A DNA stretch of 64,000 nucleotides from Eubacteriales bacterium (GTDB taxonomy: Bacteria > Bacillota > Clostridia > Oscillospirales > UBA644). The stretch is taken from positions 15,190-79,189 of the forward strand of contig JAZQKK010000011.1 in NCBI GenBank assembly GCA_045542115.1, written 5' to 3'. The notes beneath the pieces are model-generated. The model was not told where the DNA came from and did no database searches. It was given only the letters and a program-made list of their open reading frames with translations. The translations under genes were made by a program, and so were the position numbers. Shown one piece after another: positions 1 through 10,051 of the stretch (position 1 is its first letter; each line of letters begins with the position of its first letter).

Positions 1-469
1 CCTGCAAAATGGGAGTAGCATTGTTTTCCGAAACGGCAAACAACGTCTGACGAAGCATCGAAGACAACATATCTTCCTTTACTTCAATGGTCTTATTTTC
101 CTGAATCATCGGCAACACCGGGAATCCCGCCGCGTCGATGCATCCAATCACAAACCGGGCCGAGGCACAGGAAACGGTAAGATTCAAATGCTCGTCCATC
201 TTAAACGAAACTACGTCGTTATCCATCGCCCGAAGAATATCTCCGAACATTTTCGCGTTGACCACGAAGGTTCCCCCCTTGGTCACTTCCGCCGGAACTT
301 CGGTCTCAATGCCCAAGGAAAGGTCGTATGCAATCAATTTCATCCGCCCTTCTTCGTAACATTCTACCAAAATTCCTTCCATTACCGGAGAGGTGGCTTT
401 GGGAAGTACGGCACGGGAAACGATATTCACCGCTTCCAACAACAAATTCTTTTCACAGGCAAAAATCAT
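1..469 (-). CDS. dnaN: DNA polymerase III beta sliding clamp, N-terminal ~156 codons (gene runs off the window start)
   Basis: The minus-strand frame from ATG (469-467) reads MIFACEKNLLLEAVNIVSRAVLPKATSPVMEGILVE... and stays open to position 1. It lies directly downstream of dnaA. It is absent from the ORF track because no stop falls in the window. Confidence 0.85.
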   Translation of the reverse strand, partial: MIFACEKNLLLEAVNIVSRAVLPKATSPVMEGILVECYEEGRMKLIAYDLSLGIETEVPAEVTKGGTFVVNAKMFGDILRAMDNDVVSFKMDEHLNLTVSCASARFVIGCIDAAGFPVLPMIQENKTIEVKEDMLSSMLRQTLFAVSENNATPILQ

Positions 470-558
470 AACGGTAATTCCTTTCGGATGTTAGTTTTGA
501 AAGACACTTTCTTTATAAGACAGAAAATAATATATTTTTTAGTAGTAGTATTAGAGGG

Positions 559-754
559 TGTGGAAACTGTGGAAAGGGAGAATTTGGGGGAATAATCCGC
601 GAAAATTTGGGCATAGAGGAGATGTGGACAAGAATTGGAAGAGTGTGGAAGACTTTTTTTGCGGAAAAGGTGGAGTTCGCCGTTTTAATAATTCTGTCCA
701 CGGCTTGGACAATTTTGTGGAAAGTTCTGTCTTATCCACAGATAATTATCCAAG
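559..754. promoter_or_regulatory. oriC DnaA-box cluster in the dnaA-dnaN spacer
   Basis: Perfect TTATCCACA at 732-740. One-mismatch TGTGGACAA at 623-631. Two-mismatch boxes at 559-567, 568-576, 644-652, 716-724 and 746-754. Confidence 0.75.
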
Positions 755-767
755 GGTTGTGTATAAA

Positions 768-2117
768 TTACTTCTCCCGGATGCTCTTGATTATTTCGTC
801 GATGCGGAGTTTGAGATTGGAATTCATCTTAATTTTATATTCCACCCGTTCGATGGAGTGGTGAACGGTGGAGTGGTCCCGGTTGCCGAACTGTTTTCCG
901 ATTTCGGGGAGGGACATCGGGGTGATTTCCCGCATAATGTACATTGCAATCTGCCGGGCGTCGGAAATTTTTGCCACCCGCTTCTGACCGGTCAATTCGT
1001 CGATGGTCACGTCGTATTCCCGGGAAACTTCCAGAAGAATCTTGTCAATGACCACCGGCAAAGGCTGATTCTCGTTGGTAATATCCCGAATGGCGGACTG
1101 AGCGATGGCCATATTGGGGGTGGATTGGGAAATGAGGCGGTAGGCCATCATCTTTTTCAAGACCCCTTCGATCTGGCGGATGTTGCTCTTCACGTGCTGG
1201 GCAATAAATTCCACCACGTCGTCGGCCAGATCCATATGATAGAACAGACACCGCTGACGGATAATGGCGGCTTTCAATTCGTATTCCGGCTGACCCACCG
1301 AAACGATAACTCCCGATTCAAACCGGGAACGAAGGCGGTCGGTCAACAACTGAATATCCCGGGGAGGACGGTCAGACACCAAAATAATCTGTTTGTTATC
1401 CCCAAACAGGGCTTCAAAGGTATTGAAAAATTCCACCTGAATGGATTCTTTTCCCCCAATGAACTGAATATCGTCCACCATAAACAGGTCCAAAGAGCGG
1501 TATTTGTTTTTGAAATCCATCGCTTTTTTCTGTTGCACGACCAATTCGATGAATTCGTTGATAAAATCTTCCGACCGCACGTACAGACAGTTTTTGTCGG
1601 GGAAGCGTTTTTGCACTTCGTTCTGAATGGCGTACAAAAGGTGGGTCTTACCAAGGCCGGACGCCCCGTAGATAAAAAGCGGGTTGTAGGCTCCCGAAGG
1701 ATTCTGCGCCACCGCCATACAGGCGGCGTGGGCGTGACGGTTGGAATCCCCTACCACGAAATTTTCAAAGGTATATTCCGGATGAGACAAAGAAGAAGTA
1801 ATATTTGCAATGGGGTCTTCTTCCGGGGGTTGGACGGCGGGGGAAGGAGCGGAGACCGGACCCCGGGTCCGCTCTTCCGGCGTAAGGACGTTGATATCAA
1901 TATCAAAGCCCACCACTTCGGTCATCGCGGCGGCAATCACGTCTTTGTATTTGGACATAACGATGTCTCTCTGAAAAGGGGAAGGGGAAATTAAAATGGC
2001 AGCGTCGTCTTCATACGCCACCGGTTCCAAGGTGTTGATCCACATTTCCAGGGCATTTTTCGACACCATTTCTTCCAACTGAACCAAAGTTTTTTCCCAT
2101 ACGTTACGGAACGTCAT
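768..2117 (-). CDS. dnaA: Chromosomal replication initiator DnaA
   Basis: ORF 768..2222. The likely true start is MTFRNVWEKTL at 2117, preceded by AGGAGAACA. Walker A GASGLGKTHLL is present, and the C-terminal DNA-binding helix reads DHSTVHHSIERV. Confidence 0.97.
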   Translation of the reverse strand: MTFRNVWEKTLVQLEEMVSKNALEMWINTLEPVAYEDDAAILISPSPFQRDIVMSKYKDVIAAAMTEVVGFDIDINVLTPEERTRGPVSAPSPAVQPPEEDPIANITSSLSHPEYTFENFVVGDSNRHAHAACMAVAQNPSGAYNPLFIYGASGLGKTHLLYAIQNEVQKRFPDKNCLYVRSEDFINEFIELVVQQKKAMDFKNKYRSLDLFMVDDIQFIGGKESIQVEFFNTFEALFGDNKQIILVSDRPPRDIQLLTDRLRSRFESGVIVSVGQPEYELKAAIIRQRCLFYHMDLADDVVEFIAQHVKSNIRQIEGVLKKMMAYRLISQSTPNMAIAQSAIRDITNENQPLPVVIDKILLEVSREYDVTIDELTGQKRVAKISDARQIAMYIMREITPMSLPEIGKQFGNRDHSTVHHSIERVEYKIKMNSNLKLRIDEIIKSIREK

Positions 2118-2139
2118 CGTTTGTTCTCCTGTTCCGGCT

Positions 2140-2262
2140 TGTCCTAAGCCAAATATATAGAATAAAATAAAATATATAAGACAATTTATCATAATAATAC
2201 CATATATAAATAGAATAAGCAAGAGATATCACTCTTTTGTTAAAAAATGTTTCGTTTTTGTT
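2140..2262. promoter_or_regulatory. AT-rich tract upstream of dnaA (candidate DNA-unwinding element / dnaA promoter region)
   Basis: A ~120-bp run dominated by A/T (aaatatatagaataaaataaaatatataagacaatttatcataataatacc...) sits between divergent dnaA and rpmH. Confidence 0.5.
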
Positions 2263-2273
2263 CAAGTTTTCCC

Positions 2274-2302
2274 TTGACATTTTCCGGATTTTCATATATA
2301 AT
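2274..2302 (+). promoter_or_regulatory. sigma-70-type promoter of the rpmH-rnpA operon
   Basis: TTGACA (2274-2279), 17-bp spacer, TATAAT (2297-2302). Confidence 0.6.
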
Positions 2303-2370
2303 AGGGAAAGAAATCGGCATAGGGGCATTGTGCCCAAACGCCGCGAACCACCCGGAAGGAGGGAAACAAA

Positions 2371-2505
2371 ATGGTAAGAACCTATCAACCCAAGAAGCGT
2401 CAGCGGAAAAAGGAACACGGCTTCCGTAAGCGTATGAAGACCGCCAACGGCCGCAAAGTCCTGGCCAGAAGAAGAGCGAAGGGCAGAAAGCAACTGACCT
2501 ATTGA
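2371..2505 (+). CDS. rpmH: 50S ribosomal protein L34
   Basis: Hand translation gives [44 protein letters not shown] (44 aa). The RBS GGAAGGAGGG lies upstream. The ORF is too short for the ORF track. Confidence 0.95.
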   Translation: MVRTYQPKKRQRKKEHGFRKRMKTANGRKVLARRRAKGRKQLTY

Positions 2506-2843
2506 TGAGAACCACCCAAATCATTTGTGAAAACCGTCTGTTCCGCCGGTTATATAAAAGCGGAAAGAGTGCGGTAACGCCTCTGTTCGTGTTATATATA
2601 AGGAAGAACGGGCTGGAAAACAACCGACTGGGAATAACCACGTCCACCAAAGTGGGCAAAGCGGTGCAGCGGAACCGATGCCGCAGGGTATTGCGGGAAG
2701 CCTACCGCTTGTTGGAGCCGAAGATGATACCGGGATACGATATGATCTTAGTGGCTCGCACGCGGACCGCCTTCGTCTCGATGAACGCGGTCAAAGAGAA
2801 GTTGGAAGACGTATTGGAACGCCAGGGAGCGATGAAGAAATGA
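2502..2843 (+). CDS. rnpA: Ribonuclease P protein component
   Basis: A 113-aa basic protein ([30 protein letters not shown]) that overlaps the rpmH stop. The rpmH-rnpA order is conserved. Confidence 0.9.
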   Translation: MMRTTQIICENRLFRRLYKSGKSAVTPLFVLYIRKNGLENNRLGITTSTKVGKAVQRNRCRRVLREAYRLLEPKMIPGYDMILVARTRTAFVSMNAVKEKLEDVLERQGAMKK

Positions 2844-3082
2844 AGAACGTCGCTCTGTGGCTTATCCGTTTTTATCAACGTCACATTTCTCCTTATAAGA
2901 CCCCTTGCTGCCGGTTTGTTCCCACCTGTTCCCAATACGCCGTGGAGGCGTTGGAGATTCACGGTTTTTGCAAAGGTTCCCTCTTGGCTCTGGGGCGGAT
3001 CTTACGGTGCAATCCCTTTTGTAAGGGAGGCTTTGACCCGGTTCCGCCGAAACGAACGAAAAACACAACAGGCAAGCTATGA
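2840..3082 (+). CDS. yidD: Membrane protein insertion efficiency factor YidD
   Basis: The internal start [38 protein letters not shown] carries the YidD signature. Its ATGA overlaps the rnpA stop. Confidence 0.9.
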   Translation: MKNVALWLIRFYQRHISPYKTPCCRFVPTCSQYAVEALEIHGFCKGSLLALGRILRCNPFCKGGFDPVPPKRTKNTTGKL

Positions 3083-3275
3083 AAAAATCCTTTTCGGAGA
3101 ATTTTCGCATTATTTCACCGAAAAGGTTTTTTTGTATTTGCCCCCTGTTCCGGACAGGCAACGGAACTGCGACGCGGCGAAAGGTCTTCGACTGCGTGTA
3201 CCGGTCTTTTGAAAGAAAAAGGCCCCTGAAATGAGTTTTTCACAAACTCCCTTTATAAAATAGGAGACAAAACGT

Positions 3276-4334
3276 ATGTTCCTCGGATTTTTTAGTAGCA
3301 TTATGGACATCATCAACGTGCCCCTGGGACTGATTCTGCAAGGAATCTATTGGGTTCTGGGAAATTACGGATGGTCCATCCTGGTCTTCGCCCTGCTGGC
3401 AAAACTGTTGTTGTTGCCTTCTTCCATCAAAGGGCAGAAGAACCAGATTCGGATGCAGCAACTGCAACCAAAAATGAAAAAACTTGCGGAAAAGTATCAT
3501 AACGACAACCGCAACCCCAAGTATCAGGAAGAACTCCAAGCGTTGTATTCCGCAGAAGGATACAACCCGATGTCCGGATGTCTTCCCACGCTGATTCAAC
3601 TGCCCCTCATCTTCGGGCTGTGGAACGTGATCCGTCAACCCCTCACCTACATTTGCAATTTCTCCGACAACAATCTGTATCAGTCGGTTAAGACGATGGT
3701 GGAATCGTCCTCGGACAACGCCGCCGTGGTCAAACTCAGAGAATTGTTCTCCGCCCACATTTCCGACGGGAAGTTGGCGGCATACGGCGATAAGATTCAA
3801 AGCGCATTGAACCTGAACGAAATCTACATTGCCGACGCCATCAACTCCAACCGCACCGCCATTGACGGTCTGAACGAAGCCATTCAGCAGAAAAACGTCA
3901 TCGACACGGAATTTATGGGCATCAACCTTGGGGAGACCGCCTCCGCCCACGGGATTTGGAGCTGGTTTATTTTAATCCCCATCATCGCCGCCCTGTCTTC
4001 CTTCTTGGTTTCCTTCATCAGTATGCGGGTCAACAAGAATCAGAACAGCAACAGTTCCGACCCCACCGCAAAGAGTATGAATATGATGATGTACACGATG
4101 CCTCTGCTCTCTTTGTGGATCGGTTATTCGATGAACTTCGGCGTGGCTTTGTACTGGATCGCCAACAACCTTCTGTCTTTGGCCCAGACGATTCTTCTTC
4201 CCCGGTTTATCACGAAAAAGGAAGAAGTAAAACCGGTCAAAGAAAAGAAACTGAACTATACGAAGATTGAAAAAATGAAGCGGGACGAAGAATTGCTCAA
4301 CGGCGAGCCCGTGGACAAGAAAAAGAAGAAATAA
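3276..4334 (+). CDS. yidC: Membrane protein insertase YidC/SpoIIIJ family
   Basis: A 352-aa multi-TM protein with PMSGCLPTLIQLPLIFGLW and MPLLSLWIGYSMNFGVALYWIANNLLSLAQ motifs and a Lys-rich C-terminal tail. Confidence 0.92.
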   Translation: MFLGFFSSIMDIINVPLGLILQGIYWVLGNYGWSILVFALLAKLLLLPSSIKGQKNQIRMQQLQPKMKKLAEKYHNDNRNPKYQEELQALYSAEGYNPMSGCLPTLIQLPLIFGLWNVIRQPLTYICNFSDNNLYQSVKTMVESSSDNAAVVKLRELFSAHISDGKLAAYGDKIQSALNLNEIYIADAINSNRTAIDGLNEAIQQKNVIDTEFMGINLGETASAHGIWSWFILIPIIAALSSFLVSFISMRVNKNQNSNSSDPTAKSMNMMMYTMPLLSLWIGYSMNFGVALYWIANNLLSLAQTILLPRFITKKEEVKPVKEKKLNYTKIEKMKRDEELLNGEPVDKKKKK

Positions 4335-4350
4335 GAGGATTTATCGCATT

Positions 4351-5268
4351 ATGGAAAAGATTTTCAAAGGAAAAACCATTGAAGAAGCCGTGGCGAAGGC
4401 CGTAGAAGAATTGGGTCTGTCCGACGGAGAATACAGCCAGGAAGTGCTGGAATTGGGTTCCAAAGGCTTTTTGGGAATCGGTGCCAAAGAAGCATCGGTT
4501 AAAATCACCTTCACCCCCGACGCGTGCCGCTGTGTGAGAGATTATCTGGAAGGCCTGTTTGAAAAAATGGGCATCGACGACGTTGCCATCGACATCACCC
4601 TGGAAAAAGAAACCGTTTCCATTCAGGTGACCGGGGAAGGTGCCAACCTTCTGATGAAGAACCGGGGGGAAGGAGTCGACGCGCTTCAACTTCTTCTCTC
4701 CCTTATCGTGAACCGGGATTGCGGGGAATACTACAAGATTTCCTTCAACGTGAACGATTACAAAGAAAAGACCAAGAATCGCCTGGAAGCATTGGCCGTC
4801 AAGACCGCCGTACAGGTGGTAAAGAACCGCAGAAAGACCACCCTGCCCCCGATGACCTCCTTCCAGAGACGCATCATCCATTCCAAATTGCAGGATTTTG
4901 AAAACGTGACCACCTATTCCATCGGAGAGGACCCCAACCGCCGGGTCGTAGTTTCTTACACCGGCCAAGACGGTCCCGCTCCCCGCTCCGACCGGGGTCC
5001 CCGGAAGGGCGGACGGAACGACCGCGGTCCCCGTCGGGACAACCGGGGTGGCAAGGGCGGTTACGGAAAGCGTTCTTCCGAAGACCGGAAACCCCGCCGG
5101 GAATACGAACCCGAAGGAGAAGTTTACACCGGTCCTATTACCCATCTCCCCGGTGAAAAATTGTCCGGTGCTGCTGCAAAGACGGTTGCCGCTCCCGTGG
5201 AACAGGCCGGTTCTTCCGCCTCTCCCGTTACCGGCGGAACCCCCTTTACGATGGATTCCGAAAACTGA
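4351..5268 (+). CDS. jag: Jag/KhpB RNA-binding protein (Jag_N + KH + R3H) with a long RG-rich C-terminal extension
   Basis: N-terminus MEKIFKGKTIEEAVAKAVEELGLS. The R3H region reads FQRRIIHSKLQDFENVTTYSIGEDPNRRVVV. The tail reads RSDRGPRKGGRNDRGPRRDNRGGKGGYGKR. Confidence 0.85.
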   Translation: MEKIFKGKTIEEAVAKAVEELGLSDGEYSQEVLELGSKGFLGIGAKEASVKITFTPDACRCVRDYLEGLFEKMGIDDVAIDITLEKETVSIQVTGEGANLLMKNRGEGVDALQLLLSLIVNRDCGEYYKISFNVNDYKEKTKNRLEALAVKTAVQVVKNRRKTTLPPMTSFQRRIIHSKLQDFENVTTYSIGEDPNRRVVVSYTGQDGPAPRSDRGPRKGGRNDRGPRRDNRGGKGGYGKRSSEDRKPRREYEPEGEVYTGPITHLPGEKLSGAAAKTVAAPVEQAGSSASPVTGGTPFTMDSEN

Positions 5269-5361
5269 TGAACGAGAGCGGATTGATTTTGTCAATCCGC
5301 TCTTTTGACGAGAGAAAGGACCAAAGAAAAGCGAAAAGGGGAAGAACTGTGCTTTCATAAA

Positions 5362-5460
5362 TTCTCTTCCCTGGCGGAAGAATTCCGCTAGAACTCAGCT
5401 TTTTTTCTCTTGGTTCTTCTCTTTCTTTTCGCGAAAAGAAAGAGAAGAACATCCACCCCC
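5362..5460 (-). repeat. Palindromic intergenic element, copy A (inverted orientation)
   Basis: Perfect palindrome GTTCTTCTCTTTCTTTTCGCGAAAAGAAAGAGAAGAAC at 5413-5450 plus a flanking GGCGGAAGAATTCCGC hairpin. Its reverse complement aligns with copies C and D. Confidence 0.7.
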
Positions 5461-5490
5461 CTAACCCGAACAAACGACTCGGAGGTTTCT

Positions 5491-6837
5491 ATGTCTACCA
5501 TTGCTGCCCTGGCCACCGCGCCCTTTCGTGCCGCCATCGGGGTCATCCGGATGTCCGGTCCCGAAGCCTTTTCCATCGCCCGGGGGGTATTGCGCCTTTC
5601 CGGCAATTTGCTGGAATCCGGGCAAAAGCGAAACGTGGTTTTTGCCCGCATCGTAGACGGAGACGAGGTTTTGGACGAATGTGTGGTCTGTGCCTTCCGG
5701 GGACCTTATTCCTATACCGGGGAAGACACGGTGGAATTTTCCTGTCACGGCGGCGTTTATTTGCTGGACCGGGTGTTGCGGCTTCTTTTTTCCCGGGGAG
5801 CCCGGCAATCCGAGGGGGGCGAATTTACCAAGCGCGCCTTTTTGAACGGAAAAACCGACCTGACCCGGGCCGAAGGGGTAATGGACCTGATTGACGCGGA
5901 GTATTCTTCCGCATCCCGGGCGGCGATGAGGGAATTGGACGGCACGGTTGGCTCTGCCATTTTGCAGATTCGCCAAGGCCTGTTGGCCATCGCCTCGAAA
6001 CTGTTGGCTTACGTGGACTACCCCGACGACGAAATCGGGGAAGTTTCTTCCGAAGAAATCGAAGAAATGGTCCGGGATTCGCTTTCCCAAGTGCAGACCC
6101 TTTGCGATTCTTACGGCACCGGCCGTATTTTGAAAGACGGTATCAAGACCGCCCTGTGCGGCCGTCCCAACGTGGGGAAATCCAGTCTGATGAACTTGTT
6201 TTCCGGCACCGACCGGTCCATCGTCACCGACGTTGCCGGCACCACCCGGGACACCGTGGAGCAATCCGTGGTCTTCGGGGGGATGAAACTGATTTTGGTT
6301 GACACCGCCGGCATCCGCACCACCCACGACCAGGTGGAACAAATCGGTGTGCAGCGGGCCAAAAAGGAAATGGAACAAGCAGAATTGATTTTCTGTATTT
6401 TCGCCCCCGATGGGACCGAAGAAGACCGGCTCATCGCCAACGAAGCCTTGCAATGCCAAGGAAAAACCGTATTTTTATTTAACAAATCCGACCTTGTGTC
6501 TCATCCCGAATTTCCCGAATGGGCAAAGGGCGTTCCATCCTTCTGGGTCAGCGCCAAGACCGGGGACGGAATCGACGACCTTGCCGGGTATCTGAAAACC
6601 GCCTTTGCCGCCCACCTTCCCGTGGGACAGGCGGTGATTTCCAACAGTCGGCAATATCAGTGCCTGTGCCGGGTCAAGACTGCCCTGCAACGGGCACAAC
6701 AGAACCTTGCCCTGACCCCCGACGTAATTGTTTCCGATTTGGAAGAAGCCATCGGATGCATCGGGGAAATCACCGGGGAAACCGTCTCCGAACAGGTGAT
6801 TCACGAAATCTTCTCCCGCTTCTGCGTGGGAAAATAA
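5491..6837 (+). CDS. mnmE: tRNA modification GTPase MnmE
   Basis: Start MSTIAALATAPFRAAIGVIRMSGPEA after GGAGG. G-domain motifs GRPNVGKSS and DTAGIR are present, and the C-terminus is CVGK. The upstream part of the track ORF reads through repeat copy A. Confidence 0.95.
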   Translation: MSTIAALATAPFRAAIGVIRMSGPEAFSIARGVLRLSGNLLESGQKRNVVFARIVDGDEVLDECVVCAFRGPYSYTGEDTVEFSCHGGVYLLDRVLRLLFSRGARQSEGGEFTKRAFLNGKTDLTRAEGVMDLIDAEYSSASRAAMRELDGTVGSAILQIRQGLLAIASKLLAYVDYPDDEIGEVSSEEIEEMVRDSLSQVQTLCDSYGTGRILKDGIKTALCGRPNVGKSSLMNLFSGTDRSIVTDVAGTTRDTVEQSVVFGGMKLILVDTAGIRTTHDQVEQIGVQRAKKEMEQAELIFCIFAPDGTEEDRLIANEALQCQGKTVFLFNKSDLVSHPEFPEWAKGVPSFWVSAKTGDGIDDLAGYLKTAFAAHLPVGQAVISNSRQYQCLCRVKTALQRAQQNLALTPDVIVSDLEEAIGCIGEITGETVSEQVIHEIFSRFCVGK

Positions 6838-6847
6838 GGGAACGAAC

Positions 6848-6900
6848 GTTCTGTTTTTCTTTGGGCCCTTCTTTTCCCGGGAAAAGAAAGGACGGAAAGG
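6848..6900. repeat. Palindromic intergenic element, degenerate copy B
   Basis: CCTTCTTTTCCCGGGAAAAGAAAGG core (6867-6891) between mnmE and mnmG. It has the same CTTTTC...GAAAAG core as the other copies. Confidence 0.5.
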
Positions 6901-6909
6901 ACCAATGTT

Positions 6910-8787
6910 ATGACGTACTATCAAGCCGGACAATGCGATATTGCCGTGGTGGGTGCGGGGCACGCCGGAATCGAGGCGGCTCTGGCCGGAGCGCGGCTGG
7001 GACAGAAGACGATTCTGTTCACCATTTGTCTGGACGGCGTGGCAAATCTGCCTTGCAATCCCTCCATCGGCGGCACGGCGAAGGGCCATCTGGTCCGGGA
7101 GTTGGACGCTTTGGGGGGGCAGATGGGCAAAGTTGCCGATATGATTTTTCTCCAAAGCCGGATGCTGAATCTGGGCAAAGGCCCGGCAGTTCATTCTCTG
7201 CGCATCCAGGCCGACCGCCGTCGGTATCAGGATAAAATGAAGCATCTTCTGGAATTGGAAGAAAATTTGGAATTAAAACAGGCGGAAATCGTGTCTGTTC
7301 AACCTTCCGAAACCGGCTGGGTGCTGACCACCCACCTGGGGGCGCAGTACACCGCCAAAGCCGTGGTCTTATCCACCGGAACCTATTTGAAAGGCCGCAT
7401 CATCGTGGGAGAAACGTCCTACGAAGGGGGCCCGGACGGAATGTTCGCCGCCTCGGGGTTGACGGCAAGTTTGCAAAAATTGGGGATTTCTCTGCTCCGC
7501 TTCAAAACCGGCACGCCCCCGCGCATCAAAAAATCTTCCGTGGACCTTTCCCGGTTGGAAGTCCAGTCCGGGGATGAAAAAATCGTGCCCTTTTCCTTTG
7601 AAAACGAGGGAAAAGATATCGGCAAAAATACCCACGATTGCTATTTGGTCCACACCAACGCCGAGACCCATCGCATCATCCGGGAAAATCTCCACCGCTC
7701 GCCCCTGTATTCGGGGAATATCACCGGTATCGGTCCCCGGTACTGCCCGTCCATAGAAGATAAAATCGTTCGCTTTGCGGACAAAGAGCGGCATCAGTTG
7801 TTTTTGGAACCGATGGGGCAAGAGACCGAAGAAATGTATCTGCAAGGGTTTTCGTCGTCTCTGCCCGAAGACGTGCAATTGCAGATGCTTCACTCCCTGA
7901 ACGGCTTTGAAAACGCCGTAATGATGCGGACGGCTTACGCCATCGAATACGATTGCGCCGACCCCTTGCAGTTGTCCGCCACGCTGGAATTTAAAGATTT
8001 TCCCGGACTCTACGGAGCGGGTCAGTTCAACGGCACGTCGGGATACGAAGAAGCCGCCGCCCAAGGCTTTGTGGCGGGGGTCAACGCGGCGTTGAAGTTG
8101 AAGGGGGAAGAACCCTTGCTTCTCGACCGCGCCTCGTCGTACATCGGAACGCTGATTGACGATCTGGTCACCAAAGGCACCAACGAGCCTTACCGAATGA
8201 TGACCTCCCGGTCGGAATACCGGTTGCTGTTGCGACAGGACAACGCCGACCAACGGCTGACGCCCATCGGATATCGCATCGGGCTTATTCCCCAAGAGCG
8301 GTACGACCGGTTTTTGGAAAAATACCGGTTGGTGGAAGACGAAAAAAAGCGGTGCCAATCCACCCATTTTTCTCCCCAGGCCGTGAAAGACGTTTTGGAG
8401 CAAAACGGCTCTCCGGCGGTGACGGGAAGCGTCTGTCTGGCGGATTTGATTCGCCGGCCGGAGTTGACCTACGAATCCCTGGCTCCCGTGGACAAAAACC
8501 GCCCGGACCTGCCGGAAGCGGTGAAAGAACAGGTGGAGATCTCCTTGAAATACGAGGGATATATCCGCCGCCAACTGTCCGCCGTGGAAGAATTTAAAAA
8601 GTTGGAAAACCGCAAACTCCCCCCGGACCTGGACTACACCACCGTCACCGGACTCCGTCTGGAAGCCCAGCAAAAACTGAACAAGTTCCGCCCCGAATCC
8701 ATTGGACAGGCCTCCCGCATTTCCGGGGTCAACCCCGCCGACGTGACGGTGCTTCTGATTTGGTTCGACCGCAGAAAGGACGCATAA
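6910..8787 (+). CDS. mnmG: tRNA uridine 5-carboxymethylaminomethyl modification enzyme MnmG (GidA)
   Basis: 625 aa. The N-terminal FAD motif is [22 protein letters not shown], and [15 protein letters not shown] is conserved. Confidence 0.97.
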   Translation: MTYYQAGQCDIAVVGAGHAGIEAALAGARLGQKTILFTICLDGVANLPCNPSIGGTAKGHLVRELDALGGQMGKVADMIFLQSRMLNLGKGPAVHSLRIQADRRRYQDKMKHLLELEENLELKQAEIVSVQPSETGWVLTTHLGAQYTAKAVVLSTGTYLKGRIIVGETSYEGGPDGMFAASGLTASLQKLGISLLRFKTGTPPRIKKSSVDLSRLEVQSGDEKIVPFSFENEGKDIGKNTHDCYLVHTNAETHRIIRENLHRSPLYSGNITGIGPRYCPSIEDKIVRFADKERHQLFLEPMGQETEEMYLQGFSSSLPEDVQLQMLHSLNGFENAVMMRTAYAIEYDCADPLQLSATLEFKDFPGLYGAGQFNGTSGYEEAAAQGFVAGVNAALKLKGEEPLLLDRASSYIGTLIDDLVTKGTNEPYRMMTSRSEYRLLLRQDNADQRLTPIGYRIGLIPQERYDRFLEKYRLVEDEKKRCQSTHFSPQAVKDVLEQNGSPAVTGSVCLADLIRRPELTYESLAPVDKNRPDLPEAVKEQVEISLKYEGYIRRQLSAVEEFKKLENRKLPPDLDYTTVTGLRLEAQQKLNKFRPESIGQASRISGVNPADVTVLLIWFDRRKDA

Positions 8788-8788
8788 T

Positions 8789-9466
8789 ATGAGAGCACGG
8801 AAAAAGAAAAATACCATCCCCCGCCTGGAACGGGTATCCGAATATTTCGTCCCCGTCATCCAGCCGCCCGCCGGAGAGATTCGGGTAGAAGTGGGGTGCG
8901 GCAAGGGGAAATTCATCACCGCGTTGGCAAAAGATAATCCTCACGTGACCTTTTACGCCTTGGAAAAAATTCCCGACGTCATCGTAATGGCGGGGGAAAA
9001 GGCGGCCCGAGAAGAAATTCCCAACGTGAAATTCCTGCTGGCCGACGCGAAAGATTTGACCGAAGGTACCGATAAAACGTTTCTGGGGCTGGACGAAACG
9101 GGCGCCCCCATTTTGGAAGACGTCCCCCACACGGCCCTTTGTCCCACAGACTCCGTGTCGGTTCTGTATCTCAACTTTTCCGACCCTCTGCCCAACAAAA
9201 AATACGCCGACCGCCGGCTGACCCACGCCAATTTTTTGGAAAAATACCGCACCATCCTGAAAGCCGACGGCCATATCGAATTCAAGACCGACAACAAACC
9301 CCTGTTCGACTTTTCCGTGGAGCAATTCAAAGAATGTGGCTACGAATTGTACGACTACACCGAGGATTTGCACCATTCTGACATTCCCAACCCCTACCAC
9401 ACCGAGTACGAGACCCGCTTCTCCGAGATGGGAATGCCCATCTATTCGGTGAAAGCAAAGCCGTAA
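8789..9466 (+). CDS. trmB: tRNA (guanine-N7)-methyltransferase TrmB
   Basis: [28 protein letters not shown] is the SAM motif, and [20 protein letters not shown] and [15 protein letters not shown] are also present. It aligns by eye to B. subtilis TrmB, not RsmG. Confidence 0.85.
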   Translation: MRARKKKNTIPRLERVSEYFVPVIQPPAGEIRVEVGCGKGKFITALAKDNPHVTFYALEKIPDVIVMAGEKAAREEIPNVKFLLADAKDLTEGTDKTFLGLDETGAPILEDVPHTALCPTDSVSVLYLNFSDPLPNKKYADRRLTHANFLEKYRTILKADGHIEFKTDNKPLFDFSVEQFKECGYELYDYTEDLHHSDIPNPYHTEYETRFSEMGMPIYSVKAKP

Positions 9467-9524
9467 CGGCGGGAGCGATTTTTTGTTTCGCCCCATAAAA
9501 AAAACCCTGTCAAAGGAGAGTTTT

Positions 9525-10004
9525 ATGAAGTTCAGAATCGGAGAAGGATACGACGTTCATCGGTTGGTGGACGGTCGAAAATGTATCATCGGCGGCGTGG
9601 ACATTCCCTTTGAGCAAGGGCTTTTGGGCCATTCTGACGCCGACGTTTTGCTCCACGCGGTCACCGACGCTCTATTGGGTGCCGCCGGATTGGGGGACAT
9701 CGGCCGCCGCTATCCCGACACCGACCCGAAATGGAAGGGCGCGGACAGTCTGGAATTGTTGAAGGACACGGTAACTTATTTGAAAGAGCAAGGATTTACC
9801 CCCGTCAACGTGGACTGCACCGTTATCTGTCAGCGTCCCAAAATCACCCCCCACGCGCCTCAAATCCGTCAAAACATTGCCGCCGCCTTGGGGCTTCCCC
9901 CCGAAGACGTCAACGTCAAGGGCAAGACCGAGGAAGGTCTGGGCTTTACCGGACAGGGTCTGGGAATCGCCGCCCGGGCCGTGGCGTTGGTGGAAAAGGC
10001 GTAA
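9525..10004 (+). CDS. ispF: 2-C-methyl-D-erythritol 2,4-cyclodiphosphate synthase
   Basis: [53 protein letters not shown], with RBS AAAGGAG. Confidence 0.95.
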   Translation: MKFRIGEGYDVHRLVDGRKCIIGGVDIPFEQGLLGHSDADVLLHAVTDALLGAAGLGDIGRRYPDTDPKWKGADSLELLKDTVTYLKEQGFTPVNVDCTVICQRPKITPHAPQIRQNIAAALGLPPEDVNVKGKTEEGLGFTGQGLGIAARAVALVEKA

Positions 10005-10051
10005 CGAACGAAAAAAACACGAAGAACCTCTTGTATAAAAGGAGAATCCTT

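Noticed and set aside
558-1994. A 478-aa plus-strand ORF opposite dnaA.
   Set aside because: dnaA on the minus strand is unambiguous. The plus ORF begins inside the DnaA-box cluster and has no motifs.
5410-5490. An upstream extension of mnmE (MVLLFLFAKRKRRTS...), and likewise 11642-11770 for the hydrolase.
   Set aside because: These extensions are translations of the palindromic repeat elements. Proper RBS-linked starts lie at 5491 and 11771.
9731-10051. An N-terminal extension of the nadE ORF (track start 9731) overlapping ispF.
   Set aside because: The extension overlaps the well-supported ispF frame and is Arg/Gly-rich nonsense. A good RBS (AAAGGAG) precedes the ATG at 10052.
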